The position numbers and the translations under genes are program-made. Positions 39,101 through 51,669 of a stretch of 64,000 nt of DNA are shown piece by piece; positions within the stretch are counted from its first letter, which is position 1; the number at the start of each line of letters is the position of its first letter. The notes beneath the pieces were generated by a model. That model ran no database searches. It was not told the DNA's origin and saw only the letters and a program-made list of their open reading frames with translations. Origin of the DNA: Phoronis australis (lineage: Eukaryota; Animalia; Phoronida); NCBI GenBank assembly GCA_002633005.1, contig NMRA01000118.1, forward strand, positions 372,707 through 436,706. Reading direction: 5' to 3'.

Positions 39101-42100
39101 TTATTATGCACACAAATATTTAAATGTGGGATTTGTTGCGTAGACTCTCAACTGTTAATTGTTTTATATTCAATACCAAATGATGTGAATGGAAGATCTC
39201 TTGGGAATGACTGTAATAAGTGCTGGTTACCTTAGAGATTGCAATTAGACTTCATGCAAACAGAGAGCCGGTATCCTTCTCTTAGGAAACTTTCTAATTA
39301 ATTTATTACGTGCTTGTTGTTTGAATAATTTTGTCCACCAGTCACATGCCAATTATAGAAAATAATTGCAGGTGGCCTGGTACGCGTTGTACCAGAGGTG
39401 GGCATTCTACTCAGGTGGGTCCCTTGCACTGAACACCTGAAATCATTTGTGTCTTTTATTAATATATAGTTAAAAGTTAACAAAGCTGAGGTGCTGGAGA
39501 CCTGACTCAAGGGTGTGTTAGTGTGCCCCTGTGGAACTTCAACTCACAACTTAGAGTGAAGAAAGCAGATACTTATACCACTAGGACACACTGCCTCCTC
39601 TTTGCCAATTAGTCATCGACACCCTTTGAACTTGTACTGTCAGCAAAAATGATACTTTAAGCATACCTTTAAGGGGAATGCAAGTATTTTTAGTGTCATT
39701 TTTGTTAAATTATGATTTTCTGGTTTTTTAAGACATGTAAATCAATTTCCCCGGGTTAAAATTTATTACGGTATGTAAGCATCACTCCGGAAGTGAAATT
39801 TGCGGCATGAATAATTTTCTTTCAATTTATGCAATGTTTCATTTGGGAGATTGGTTCATTGTATGCTAGTTCCCAAAAATTGTTAAAGTATATAATTTGC
39901 TTTCGACGAGTATCCATGGGCAATCCAAACTTGAACTAGAACTCACTTTATGAGAATTAGTCATTTTATCTGCAGTGTACAGGAAATGGCTGGAGCCAGA
40001 AACATGAATCATCTACATTATGAAACTTTTCTGGTCACTGACCATGCATGCTGCGCTGACTGTTTACACGCTTGTGTGGCACCATCTAGGTTTGTACCTT
40101 GAGTCACTTCAGTGGCTGCAACTGAAGTAGGCAAACAGTAGCCCTCGATAGTGTGGTCGTGCCACACCACAGTGGTGCAATTGTTACTTCTAGCACATAA
40201 GGAAGCTTAGCGTTTCTTAAGAACACTCCTAGTGGCAGGACAGAGAAGAGACATACCAACAATATGTCTTCCTTCTTCAAAACGTACTTTCTTGCTCTCT
40301 GCGGACGTGTTCCTTTCGTAATCCAACAGTAACAGTTATGCCACACACAAAAATTTTTGTATAGCTTTATCCATGGCGTGAATGAACTACACTTTCTTGA
40401 CACGAACGAGCCAACTCCGATGGATCTCGTCACTGGAAATGTGGTTTTCCGTACGGACTCCTTCAGAGCTCATAATACTTGTATACTAGAGTGCAGCAAC
40501 TTAGAGGCATACTGAATAAGACTTGGAGAAAGATAAACAACTTGTAGCAAGCAGACACACACCATGGTGCATCCATTGTCAAGCACTGTCGGAAGAAAGT
40601 GCATGTACACAAAGCTGGTGGGGAATTATTTTGAGCTCTCACTCTACTTCCTGCAAATTAATGAGACCCTGGAGAATGACTTCACTTGAAAATCTATCTA
40701 GGATAACCACGAAATGGTAATTTTGCCAAAGATGACACTAAAAACGGTTATCTTCCGCTTTAAGTGACCTCAAGTGTGCACTGTTGCTTTTATACAACTT
40801 TATACCCAAGTGTATACTCTATTAATATCTGTCAGAAGTTGTTCAGAATTGGCATATTTAACACACTAAGCTTGTGCCGAAATTTACTAACACTTAATTT
40901 GTATGGTGTGAATTAAGGCCGTGACCTAAGGATTGGTTTTGTGTTTTGTATAGCTCCATCTACGATCAATCACAGAGATATTGTGTAGGTGCATTCCACG
41001 GTATTTGTGCCATGAACTTTAAAATTTCAAATCACCCATTAAACTTTCATTTTGATGTTTACACATAGTTTAATCATTGAATTTTGTTGTCTGCAGGTCC
41101 ATTTTCTGTTAGTCTTAGAAATTTTGCTTTTATCGGAAGGTTTATATCTTATTTGTAAAATTGTGTGTTACAGATGTGACATAACTTTTTTCATAATTTT
41201 TTCTACACACATGAAGAAATTAATGCCAAAATTGTTTTGATATATCATTTACTACACAAAAAGTATACTAAGAATTGAAACTACCTGATTTTTTATAATT
41301 AGTATTTCCAATTAAACTTTCAAATTAGTGATAGCCATGCTTTTGGTGTTGATGAAACCATAGCAACTTTAAAAAAACTGTTTTTTTGAAAAAGTTGATT
41401 CCACTAAGTTTTCTAGTTGCCTTTGCATTTAAAGTGAAAAGCAGAATATTTTTGGTTCTATTCAAAAATTCCATTTTACAATACAATACAAAACTACTGA
41501 TTTCGTGTGCTTATTTACCATTCTATCATGATCTTTGTTGTAGGCAATCTCTTGCAATATGAGAACCCATTACAAGGTACAGACCTGATGGCCATAGACT
41601 TTGAATACTGCAGTTACAACTACAGGTCAGTTATCTAACAGTGCACCATAACTATGCAGCAATGGTTGACCAGTAGGGTTGATGAAGGTATATTCTGTCA
41701 CTACGTACTAGCTTATGGCTGCTTAATTTCTTGTTTCTCCTGAAATTGGAATTTTCTTGATGAAGTTGTAAAACTTGATGGCTGTCCTGTTATTTTCTGC
41801 ATAAAGGTCTTGCTGCAATTGCAAGGTACTATTAGTGCGCTGATGGAAAACAAATTGACAAATTTTCTATCAAGTAGTCACAGTTATTATATAATTTCTA
41901 TCTCTATAGTCATTTTCTGATGCAGTGGTGACAATGAAATACGCCTCGTCGCTTGATGGCGATGGAGTAGTGTACTGCGCTTTGTGCTCTTTCCCAGTAT
42001 TTTTTATGAATTATTAATCTCTGTGACCAAAACGGTTCACACAAAAATTTCCAATATCTAAATATTTCAAATCGTCCATCAATGAAAGATTTGCCTTTTG

Positions 42101-45100
42101 TACTTGTTCTGTAGGATGATACAGAAATGTCTAATTTTGGCTACTTTTGGAAACGTTATCACAGAAACGGATTATCTACACCGTTAGGAGTTGTCTTTAA
42201 AATGCTACACTTTTTTCGTGATGGGCTATCAAAAATAGGACTTTAAATTTGTGATTTTCATGGAAAACTGTAAAACCGCATTTACGGAAAATCAAACGTA
42301 AAAAAAATTGCCATTATGTTTGAACTTGCCGCTTTGCTATTCCTAAGGCTTGGCATAATGCCAACTCGCAAAATGCAACCTGACAAATTTCCCGGGCTGC
42401 CAAATGGGAAATTTGAGCTGGCCAAAACAGAATGTGGTGGTACCCTCCCGTGGTGGTGCCCTCCCGTGGTGGTACCCTCCTGTGGTGGTGCCCTCTCGCA
42501 TCGTTTTTTTCCAAAAATTATTGCTGCCGGTGCTTGCTGAACAGTTAATTCTTAGAATGTTATTTGAATGTTTGCTCGGATGTGTTCTGAGTGTAGTAGA
42601 TGTGTAGATTTATAACGTACTCTGTTGCCATAACATTCTAAAGTATTTGCGTGATTTGCATAATTATCAGTTTTTTGTCAGTCATGTACATGGATTTGAG
42701 TGTCTTTTTTTATTTGCGTTAATTCCTAATTATAAACTCTGTCATGGTTACAAACTTGTCTGAAGCATCTTGTGATTTGGTATGTTTTTGTTTTTAGGCA
42801 CAAAGCCACTGATCACTTTCTTTGAAACTTGTTGTGTAAATGCTTTTAGGGGGTTTGACTTTGGCAATCACTTCTGTGAGTGGATGTATGACTACACACA
42901 CCACGTGGCCCCCTATTACACAGAGGTGTTGGCCAACTACCCAACCAAAGAACAACAGGTGATGAGACTGTCAGTAAGGAGATGTGTGTACCACAAATGC
43001 TTCTCTGTGCTGTCAGTCCAATTTGATATTCAATACGAACCTCTTCTGTTTGATTCTCCGTTTTGAATCTGAAAGCACTCATTTAGTTTCTGTATTTTGC
43101 AATGTAAATCTGAGGTATGCATGGTCATGTTTCATGTTGAGGCATTGAAAGGTGTTTTCAGGAGTGCGGCTTGCGTCCTTGGTGCATAAAAATTTTCACC
43201 GGCGCCCTTTGAGTTTTTAACTCATGTCATCTGGTGCTTTAAAATTGTGTTGTCAATGACAACTTATTTTTTCTTGCCACAAAAATTATACCTTGCATTC
43301 AGATTACAACATGACAACAATGCATATCAGCCTATCGACATTTTAGCTAATGTCTTACCAAAGCAAGAAACTAGAATCACCACCATAGCGGTCTAACATA
43401 CAAGGCTGGTTGGTGTTTAAAAATTATTGGAGGCCACCCTCACTAGCTCAAACTTTACCCCCGGTCTATCATACAATCTTTCCGATCGTCACAAATTTCC
43501 CTCTTTCTTGTTTTTACTGTTTCTGCCATTTGCACATTTCCCAGTTGCTAGCAAGGTTTCGTCATTGATGCTGCTGTCCTGGTTCACCGAAGGTTTGCTT
43601 AAAATGAAATATCAGCGTAACATACTGGGGTAAGAGATATAATCATACACATGTTAGATGTCATCCGAAAATGTAGATCGAAAAATGTCTAAAAAAGCCA
43701 TTTATCTTCTAAGTTTCCCCTGGTGGTCAATTGATCCATAGGTATGTTACTTTGATATCAACTTGTCTTGCTGGGCAAATCTTTTTCAGTTTGGTGACAC
43801 ATGAGTTGCAAACTGTGTTACCCTCCAGCTTGAGAGTAGAGGTTCATTTTTGAAAATAGGCCACCAATGAAAACTGTCTTGTAGTAAAGAATTTGGAAAG
43901 ACAGAGAGCTGTCAAGAGTATTGATAAATAAGTAGAGATGGCTCTATATGGAGGTTCTGTTAAGAGTTCTTGTAATTTGCCCATTTGTTGAGTGATTCCT
44001 TGAGTCTCTGACTCGGTCAGTTGTTACACAAGGTCAAAATACTGAACCTAGTCTCTAGTCTGTGTCGACAAGTCTTTGATTAAGTGTTGTTGGACACAGC
44101 ATTATAGTTTATTGTCTTTGTATGCATCATCATGTTCTGTGATAGTTGATGCAACATAATCAATCATTTAATTCCTGTAATATACTCCTGTTAAAGAAAA
44201 ACGAAAAACTTCACTGTAGTGCATTTAAAAGTCATCACTTAGTGTGAATCATTGCTTCAGCTTCACACTAGGTGGTAGTACACCTCTTATTTTCACTAAC
44301 TAATACAAGATGTGTTCAGTTTATAGACAGGAATATTCTATTGCAACATTTCCTTTCAGTTAACATAGGAGTGATACTGTTAACATGTTCATTTGTAGAC
44401 ATTATACTTTGATGCCTACCTGTCTGAGATGGACTTTACTGGTGACCGAGAAGGACTGATTAATCAGCTTATCATAGAAGCAGACGTGTACGCCATAGCC
44501 TCACACTTCTTCTGGTCAATCTGGTCAATTGTTTCTGCAGAATCTTCCCAGCTGTCATTTGGTTATGTGGTAAGCAGTAGTAGGCACTTCTCATGAAGCA
44601 AGAACCCCTGTTCGTATGGGACCAGTGACTTCTTTTCACATGAGACTAATCAACCAGTGACTCAGTTCACATGAGAAAAATTGCACCAGTGACTGATGTT
44701 ATCATGAGACCAATCTTTCCAGTATCCTCTGTTCACATGAGATCAATCACTCCAGTGACTTCTGTTCACATGAGCCCAATCACTTTGGTGACTCTGTTCA
44801 CTGTGAATTTAGGAACAATACTGATTGCAATACACAGACGCACATGCGCGCGCGCACACACGCACACACACAGCTATATGTGTGACTGCATTATGCGGTC
44901 ATTCCCCTCCCTCCGACATTCACCCATCGTCTGTATGCCGCGTATCACACCGAGTGAACTATCCTGTGCAACTATAATAGAATTATTGCCTCAGTCATGA
45001 CAAATGATTGGCATCAAGTGAATATGTTGTAAGCAGGGCTTGGAATTTTTCGCTGAAATGCGGATTTCCGCTTTTTTCAAATGTTCTGTCTGCGTATCTT

Positions 45101-45809
45101 ATTATATTTCCACGTAAAAAAAATCGGGATTTGATATAAAATTTCCGAGGCAAATTTCTTTCTTACTGCGGCGTTGCTGATGACTTTCACCTCGAAAAGC
45201 AGAAGTTGCTCTTTATGTTTCGGAGGAATGTAAATTTTCAACAATGCTGGGGCACCTGGGATAGCGTGGTGGATTTCTTCAATGGCGACTCGTGAGATTG
45301 TAAATTGCAGTGAGTCAGTACTATGACTCTGCAGCCAAAAATGCGTGGAGGTAGGAGTGGACGGACGAGCTAAAAACACAGACTGTCCTTTTCTTTCTTT
45401 TTAGTCCTCCCAATTTTCGTCCACAAAAGGTCCTCATCGACATTTTCAAGGCTGGGTGCGCGCATGTTTGGGGCCGTAAAAATTTCCGCTCTTTTGTCCT
45501 GGGTCATTCCAAACCCTGTTTACGGTTCGACAAGACATCTTTCGATCAAACATGTCTCGTATTCGGCGATAATTTTTTATTTTGTCCTCTAGCTGTAGTG
45601 AATTGGTTGCATTTAAAACCTGTATGATGTGCACTGGCCTTTAACATAAAGTTGGGATATAACGCACTGAATAGTTGCTTGATATAAAATTACCCATATG
45701 ACTCCCACTGTATGCTGTGCTTAATCTGCCATTTCAGGAGTACAGTGAAGCAAGATTGAAGACCTATCATCTCTTCAAGGAACAGTGGCTGAAAAATAGA
45801 AAGTGTTGA
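29994..45809 (+). CDS. CHK: Choline/ethanolamine kinase (CHKA/CHKB-like), 9 coding exons, 377 aa
   Basis: Exons 29994-30160, 32237-32462, 33844-33977, 36623-36736, 38097-38155, 41544-41625, 42850-42958, 44399-44569 and 45738-45809 join in frame (1134 nt). Motifs: SGGTSN, Brenner motif [41 protein letters not shown]. Confidence 0.95.
31460..31855 (-). mobile_element. Partial copy of the 145-bp-unit family in a kinase intron
   Basis: Shares the family end GGTGCATTTCAATGCCCCGCATTGCTCTTT and unit sequence. Confidence 0.6.
32237..32462 (+). CDS. CHK: Choline kinase coding exon 2
   Basis: GGTSNYLY...IIRFYG...LAERNIGPNLYGIFRGGRVEEYIP. Confidence 0.95.
33844..33977 (+). CDS. CHK: Choline kinase coding exon 3
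   Basis: SRCLRT...IAQKMAQLHKLNMPIKKEPKWLF. Confidence 0.93.
34659..36183. mobile_element. 1.5-kb non-autonomous TIR transposon (TA TSD, CCGTA ends, Tc1/mariner/pogo-type) in kinase intron 3
   Basis: TA|CCGTATGCGCCTTAATAACCGCCCA ... TGGGCGGTTATTACGGCGAATACGG|TA (23/25 match), with subterminal GGGCGCTTAT repeats. Confidence 0.85.
35752..35979 (+). pseudogene. Decayed HIRAN-like domain ORF inside the TIR element
   Basis: SSIRGFYV*ANKEIWIP...NPVDKY...IGPRNISR.F...LRHGGSLKCIVT follows the HIRAN-like pattern IRG.HVY..W.P...NP.D..AV...VGH.PR..S...FL..GG...C.VT. Confidence 0.7.
36623..36736 (+). CDS. CHK: Choline kinase coding exon 4
   Basis: WISYIYDKL...MDLKEESIALR, phase 2-2, donor GTAAGA. Confidence 0.8.
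38097..38155 (+). CDS. CHK: Choline kinase coding exon 5
   Basis: EILDQVQSEVVFCHNDFQE. Confidence 0.93.
39300..39600 (-). mobile_element. tRNA-derived SINE remnant
   Basis: Minus strand begins GAGGCAGTGTGTCCTAGTGGTATAAG (A box), with a B-box-like GTTGAAGTTCC downstream. Confidence 0.5.
39672..41428 (+). mobile_element. Old Kolobok-type element in kinase intron 5
   Basis: Left end TTAAGGGGAATGCAAG, followed by TGTCATTTT and CTCCGGAAGTGA as in the 18129 copy. Right end AGTTGCCTTTGCAT|TTAA matches the family TIR at 11/14. Internal remnants MDLVTGNVV and LVASRH resemble the transposase MD..T / LVTDRH motifs. Confidence 0.55.
41544..41625 (+). CDS. CHK: Choline kinase coding exon 6
   Basis: GNLL...[13 protein letters not shown]. 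Confidence 0.95.
42434..42495 (+). repeat. 16-bp minisatellite GTGGTGGT(A/G)CCCTCCC, about 4 copies
   Basis: Direct repeats. Confidence 0.85.
42850..42958 (+). CDS. CHK: Choline kinase coding exon 7
   Basis: [16 protein letters not shown]...NYPTKEQQ. Confidence 0.95.
44399..44569 (+). CDS. CHK: Choline kinase coding exon 8
   Basis: YFDAYL...[12 protein letters not shown]...SFGYV. Confidence 0.93.
44620..44800 (+). repeat. ~30-bp degenerate minisatellite (CCAGTGACTTCTGTTCACATGAGACCAATC-like)
   Basis: About 6 imperfect units. Confidence 0.75.
45034..45518. mobile_element. TIR element remnant containing a MITE fragment
   Basis: CAGGGCTTGGAAT ... ATTCCAAACCCTG inverted ends. A similar end occurs at ~45968. 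No clear TSD. Confidence 0.5.
45738..45809 (+). CDS. CHK: Choline kinase coding exon 9 (terminal)
   Basis: EYSEARLKTYHLFKEQWLKNRKC*; AATAAA downstream at ~46066 and ~46084. Confidence 0.9.
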   Translation, partial: EYSEARLKTYHLFKEQWLKNRKC

Positions 45810-47872
45810 GGGTCTAAATCACTATGGGAGATTGTCTGTTCTATGCAATTGATTAGTAACCAAACTGGATGTGACCGTGTTAATAGGTATGAGTCTCGGT
45901 TTGTGTATTAAAAGGTGAACAACAGAAGTGATTTTAAAATCTTTGAAACTGACTGGGGTAGTTGTGGCAGGGCTTGGAATGTCCAATGACAAAAAAGAGG
46001 AAAAATTTCCAGGTGTTGTGTGGTTCTACGAATGAATACGCATGTGTGTTGTAAAATTTAACTGAAATAAACGTTTTTGCATGAATAAAATCAAAATTAT
46101 GATAAAAAGGAGACAAAAAAGAAGAGGAAACTGGAAATCAAAGAAGAAGAAATTGAAACCAAAAAAGAGGAAATCCTTAAAAGGGAAAATTCTAAGGCCC
46201 ATAGTGGATGACTCAACATTTGCTTGATGGCACCTATGAAGAAGGGACCTTCTTTTTATCGTTTGAACAGAATGGGAGCAGAAAGTTGGGAGCATTTGTG
46301 GGATTAGGGTTCCGCCTGACTTGGATGCATTCCTTGCTTCAGGTAGTACCTTTGTTTTACAGGTGGTGCCTTGTGAATGCCGAGTTTATCACTAGGTGGA
46401 GCCTCAGCACCCAGCCCCCTCTGGTGCTCAAATTTGTAATGGCATTACCTCTACTAAGTGCACCTGGTGATTTTCCTTTAAACAGCTTTTGCAAAAAAAC
46501 ATGACCAAATGTTCTCGTGAATTTTGGACAAAAGTAAATATGTATGTAAATCTTGAACTGGTGTGGGAATATAGATCACAAACATTTTAAGCCTGGTCTG
46601 CACGCCACCTGTTGGCCACAAAAGTAAATACCGACATTGATCTTTATTCGTTTTTCAAGGGTTCTGACATTGTATGTGAATGCTCTCAATCTCTCAAAGC
46701 ATGATCTTATGATGTGGAAAATATTTATTTGGTGCTACTTATCTGTAAAAAGTGAAAAAATTGAATTGCACTGGTTCGTCTTATTGTGTTGTAAATTGGT
46801 GGAATTTCACTGTACCATTACTGTTGCAGAATGTTGCCAAGTAACCAAGTTACAGGACAAAAAAGACTAAAAAATTTTATGGTTATTAAATCACATTCCA
46901 CTGAATTGCTTTTAATTTAGTCCAATTATTGCTTTAAAAATATCATCAACTTGTTCCTTACTCATTTGAGAACTGATTCAAGCATTTGATTTTTAAAGAA
47001 CTGCCGGTTCGCTATTCCTTGAGACAATGCTCATTGTATAAAATGAAGTGCACCATGACTTGCCTGTTCTTTTGGAATTGATAATGAACTGTCAGTTCTT
47101 GAGAAGTGCTGAAATCACCTCCAATTTGACTAAGAACAATTTGAAACAATTCCATAATGGTAAATAGTCGCAATCTAAAGTTATATTTTTGTTGGGGAAA
47201 GCAGGTTTACAGTCTCTTTAAGCATAGTTGTTGTATACAATATTTCAGTATGTAAAGGCAGGCTAGGTGTGTCTTGAAGAGTAAAATTTGGAACAGTAAT
47301 ATTTTGAACTGTCACTGGAACCCAATTCCCACTTTGTGCTACGTTCAAAGTGATTGGTGCTGTCCATTGTTATTGGATATCGTCATGGAAATCACATTTC
47401 ATTTTCGTTTTCATTTTGACTTGTGGCGCTGTTTCTTGACATTAAGTTATCTGACAAAGGCACAAACACAACATTCGGTCCAAATGATTGATAATCTCTC
47501 CAATGGAAGGTTGTGCTCAACTGAACAGGCCTTAAAAGTTTGCTGCCCAAGCACTCCCATATCTTACCTTCTGAACACAAAATGTGCTAGAAATTTTAAC
47601 GCCTCCTAAACGTTGATCAAAGCACACGTTCCCACAATGCATTGAAAGCGGCAGACATCTTTGATATTGCTCATGGGGTTCAGTCCTAACCTTCACAATA
47701 TTATTGGAAACACATTCCCCCTAATGGCCCATATAGCCTAGAGTATGTCATGTGTTCAGTGGCTTTCAAAAAGGTGACAAATTTTGGAATTCATCCGCCT
47801 CGTTGAAGTTATTGCAGAAAGCTTGACGGAAACCAGGCGAAAAATAACAACATAATTTGAAAGGATTTAGTA

Positions 47873-47938
47873 GAAAGTTGTTTGCTTTGAAATTATGTCC
47901 ATTTTGAAAGTTGTTTGCTTTGAAATTATGTCCATTTT
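47873..47938 (+). repeat. 33-bp tandem duplication
   Basis: GAAAGTTGTTTGCTTTGAAATTATGTCCATTTT twice. Confidence 0.9.
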
Positions 47939-49759
47939 TGACTGGTAGAAATTTCTTGGTTTAGTTTTTTGAAAACTGCTTTTCTAGATGCATATTTGAA
48001 CTTTGTTGGAATAGATGGGCAGCGGGCATCAGATGAATGGCTGAATGCTGCACATCCAGATGGAAATATGTGTTTGGGTGAAATATGGGCAGATACTCAA
48101 TATGGACAAGGCAAGGGTTGGTCAGAATCAGTCCTGGGATAGACGTCACTGCGTGCCATTCATTATTGTGCAATATTCCCGTATAAGATCACGTAATGAC
48201 ATTGAGCTTTGAAAATTATTCCTTGTCAATTTAAGTCATTTACATGTATGGTACTTGCTTAAATCTATTGAAAACAGGCATGGAAACCAGTTTAATAAAT
48301 TTCAGTCTTTGGTTGAGGGTAGTTTGTTGCTTCTGGAGATATATTAATTTTGTTATGCCAAACTGGAATTTTTGTTTTTTTGTACCATTTAAAGCGGATA
48401 TATGTCCTCTTCCTGTCAAAAAACAAACTAGATTTTGGTCATTTACATTTAGAAATCTCATCTATAATCTGAGGAAGGACTTGCCAAAATGATTCCTTTT
48501 GCTTATGAAGAACTTGCGGTTCGTTATAGCTTGAGATTGGGCTTTCGATAAATTGACCTGTAACGGGGGGCATTTTGTGCACTGAGCATAGTTTCGAGTA
48601 CAACCGAAGTATCATTTTTTCCTGCCTCCGAAATATATCCATCTGAGTAAGGAACAATAGAGACCAGTTTTATAGCGCCAGGTGGCACTATAGCCGCTTT
48701 TATCTTATTCCTACATGTGACTCAATATTGAAACTTTTGCTCATCTGTATTATTGACAATTGTACTTTTTCTTTTTGGGTTTATTGATAAAATTCTTAAT
48801 ACTAAGTAATTGTAACACATAAAGATAGGATACTCCCACCACATTCACAGACACACACAGACCTACGCATGCGCAACCATGCGGGCACAGACAAGCACAT
48901 ACAGGTGGCTACTCAGCGTGAATTTCCTATGAAGGAACTAATGTGCCACAGAGGTCCATCTTGCCAAAGATTCAAAATGGTTACAATTTAAAAAAAATGT
49001 ACTATAAATTATGATTTTTTAATCTCCTATTACTCTCTCCTAGACTTGGTTGATTTCTCCTGTAAACATTATTCAAAGGATTTACACGTTTTTCACATAT
49101 ATATTCATTTAAATCTAACCAGAATAACTAAGGCAGTCTCACAGGACTAGGACCCATGTTTCATTATCTCTGTACTCGAAATTATACTCGAAAATGCCCG
49201 CAATTGTGTAGCATTCTTCGAGTTGACTTAAAAGCATGTACTGTATTCGAATGTAGCCTCATGGCTGGTCAAAGTTGAGCGAATTTGATTGTGGGGATTT
49301 GGTCTTGGGGGCCCGGCCTATGCTCGAGTTTCGTACTGAGACGTAAGGATGTCACGGGTACACGTTTTTAAAGCATGGTGATATATCGCTGGCATCGGTA
49401 TTAGTGGGCACTGAAGTCTCGACTCATTTTTTTACGAAAGGTACAAAAGTCATTTGGAAAATAGACAGTTTTATGTAATGTAATGATAATTCTTTGGCTG
49501 ATCCTGATCTGAATCCGCAACAAATTAGTATCTGAAGTAAAGTCTATTGATGAATTGTGACTTTCCTGTACCGTTCTTTAGATGTTGTGACATTTATAAC
49601 AGCAATAAACCCGCCTTAAATCACGGAAACCGACTTTCGTTTTACACTTAACAACCCGTATAAAGCGAAACGCCTTAGGCCGGTAGAATTTGCAGAGTTA
49701 CTATCAATGTCGTTTTGTAAGACCTTAAGGGCGAGAAGAATACAGGGCATTTCCCGTCA

Positions 49760-50538
49760 GCCCGCGAACTACGAACGAAGACGCCCGAGGTCATGTTTTT
49801 GATCCTCGAGGTCGTTGGCAAAAGTAGGTGTTAAAAATCCAGTATCTTTTGGAAACGGTCATTTTACCCGAAGTAATCGTGACAAAGTGCATGTACGAAA
49901 AGAGCTCCCCTCTGAATGGCTAATTCATTCAATTGTTTTATTTCCACGCCTTAATTGGGATGAGCTGCCAGGTCGGCTATGGTTCACTCGACGTGTAGAC
50001 GGCTCGTAAAGTAGCTGTCCGTCGCCTGCTCTGGCATATGGTTTCGTCACACTGTTGCTGCGCAGGGGGGTGTACTTCATGATTGTCGTCTCACGGACAG
50101 AGGAACAACTGTCCCACTTGCCCGAGTGTCCCGCGACACACTCCCACTTGATGGAGACCTGAGCACACAAACTACTTACATCCCGCCGTGTGGCTCTCTC
50201 GCCTCACACGTGGCACCTTCTAAATAGCTCCAATACTTTAGACAAGTCCACAATAAACTCATCAAAGTTTGTTGACTGACTCGTAAACAAAAGCATACGA
50301 CGACCGAACTTATCCCAACCGAGGTAGAACATTGACTGACTCGACAACTGTTAACAGTCAGACTATGTGGAAAGAAATTGGCGCGAAATTCTTGCCTCCC
50401 AAAACATCACTTCCTGAATAGAGGACGAATAATTAATTAAATTCTAAAAAGCTGTAATTAAGTGACAAATATGTCTGGGATAATCAACTAACCTTATTTT
50501 TTTGCTAAAAATGACATGAAAAACGGTTGCCTTCACTT
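49760..50538 (-). mobile_element. Internally deleted Kolobok element, inverted relative to the 18129 copy
   Basis: GGTTGCCTTCACTT|TTAA end. 50271-50538 is homologous to 18129-18398. Transposase remnants DEFIVDLSKVLELFRRCH, VSIKWECVAGHSGKWDS, IMKYTPLR and WQLIPIK. Convergent plus-strand remnant VGVKNPV...VRKELPS resembles the KolX C-terminus. Confidence 0.8.
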
Positions 50539-51423
50539 TTAAACTAAATAGAACAACAAAACAGGCCCAGTCCGACATTACATAGGTGGGCAGTTTAGCG
50601 ATATGAAATTGATGGAGAGAACAGTCGAACCCGTTGGTGAAAACCACGAGGCACGGGCCCCGCACTTTTGTTTGTATTAAGTGCTGTCTTACGGACTTCA
50701 ACAAGTCTCAGAAAACGTACTGGCAGCTATAACCTCGTTTGTAAGCACGAATTTTGAAAAACCACGTCGAGCAAAAGTAATAATTGCTTATGCATGATGC
50801 GTTTTCCTAGCACCTTGGATAATGTTGGTAGTATATGTTGACTGGACCATAAAGTAGGTGCCACTCAGGGTGATGTCATCACACCAGTGAGTGGCCTTTG
50901 TAGTATCATGTCGGAATATCATCTTTGTTGCTAGCTAGACCTCTCTGTTGTTTAAACAGTTTCCTGTTTTTGTTCGTGTGGCGTTTTTCTTGTATTTATG
51001 TAGCAGCTTTTTTGTCTCGGGCTGCAGTGCGTAGTTTCTTGTTCAGGGTTTCCTCGCTCTCACCCTTGATGTTGAGGGGGGGCATGTTTGCGTGNNNNNN
51101 NNNNNNAGGTTCTTAATACTAGATAACACTCCCAAAGGAACAGTGGTATGATAAATAGACAAGTGGTTTCCTAAACTTGAGACCAGTGATTCGTCACTGA
51201 AGTAAAAACGTAATTTTGCGAGCACACAAGACAAATTTACACGTAAACCGATCTCGACTGCCGAACAAACACCGTAAATTGGCAAGTGGTTAAGAAGGGT
51301 ACCTAACACAGACATAACTTGGGAGGATCAACGTTTTCTAACGATTGAGTCAGCTGTCGAACAGACAGATCATCTGTCAGCTGAACAAGAACGTCAAATG
51401 ATGAGACGCTATACTTGAGAACA

Positions 51424-51669
51424 GGTCTCCGTTCCAAAAAAAAACTGACTTAGCTAAGACAAATCTTAAATTTTAGTAAATTTTGAAATAAAAGTTAAAT
51501 TTGTCTCAAAACTATTCCAATAAAGAGATCTTAAGTGTTTGACATAAGTTTTGTCTTAATTTTGAATGACTTACCGAATGTGGAAGTTTTAAAGTTTGGA
51601 AGTTAAGGCAAATCTTCAAGTTGAACTTAAGTGAAAAATGAACTTCAGCCAGTTTCTTGGAACAGGCCC
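51424..51669. mobile_element. MITE (PIF/Harbinger-like ends); partial second copy at 58317-58510
   Basis: GGTCTCCGTTCCAA...TTGGAACAGGCCC inverted ends. Shared body AACTGACTTAGCTAAGACAAATC...GTGGAAGTTT. Confidence 0.7.

Noticed and set aside
50860-50896. Hairpin GCCACTCA...TGAGTGGC as a possible ncRNA or terminator
   Set aside because: It is isolated, fits a repeat remnant, and has no RNA family features
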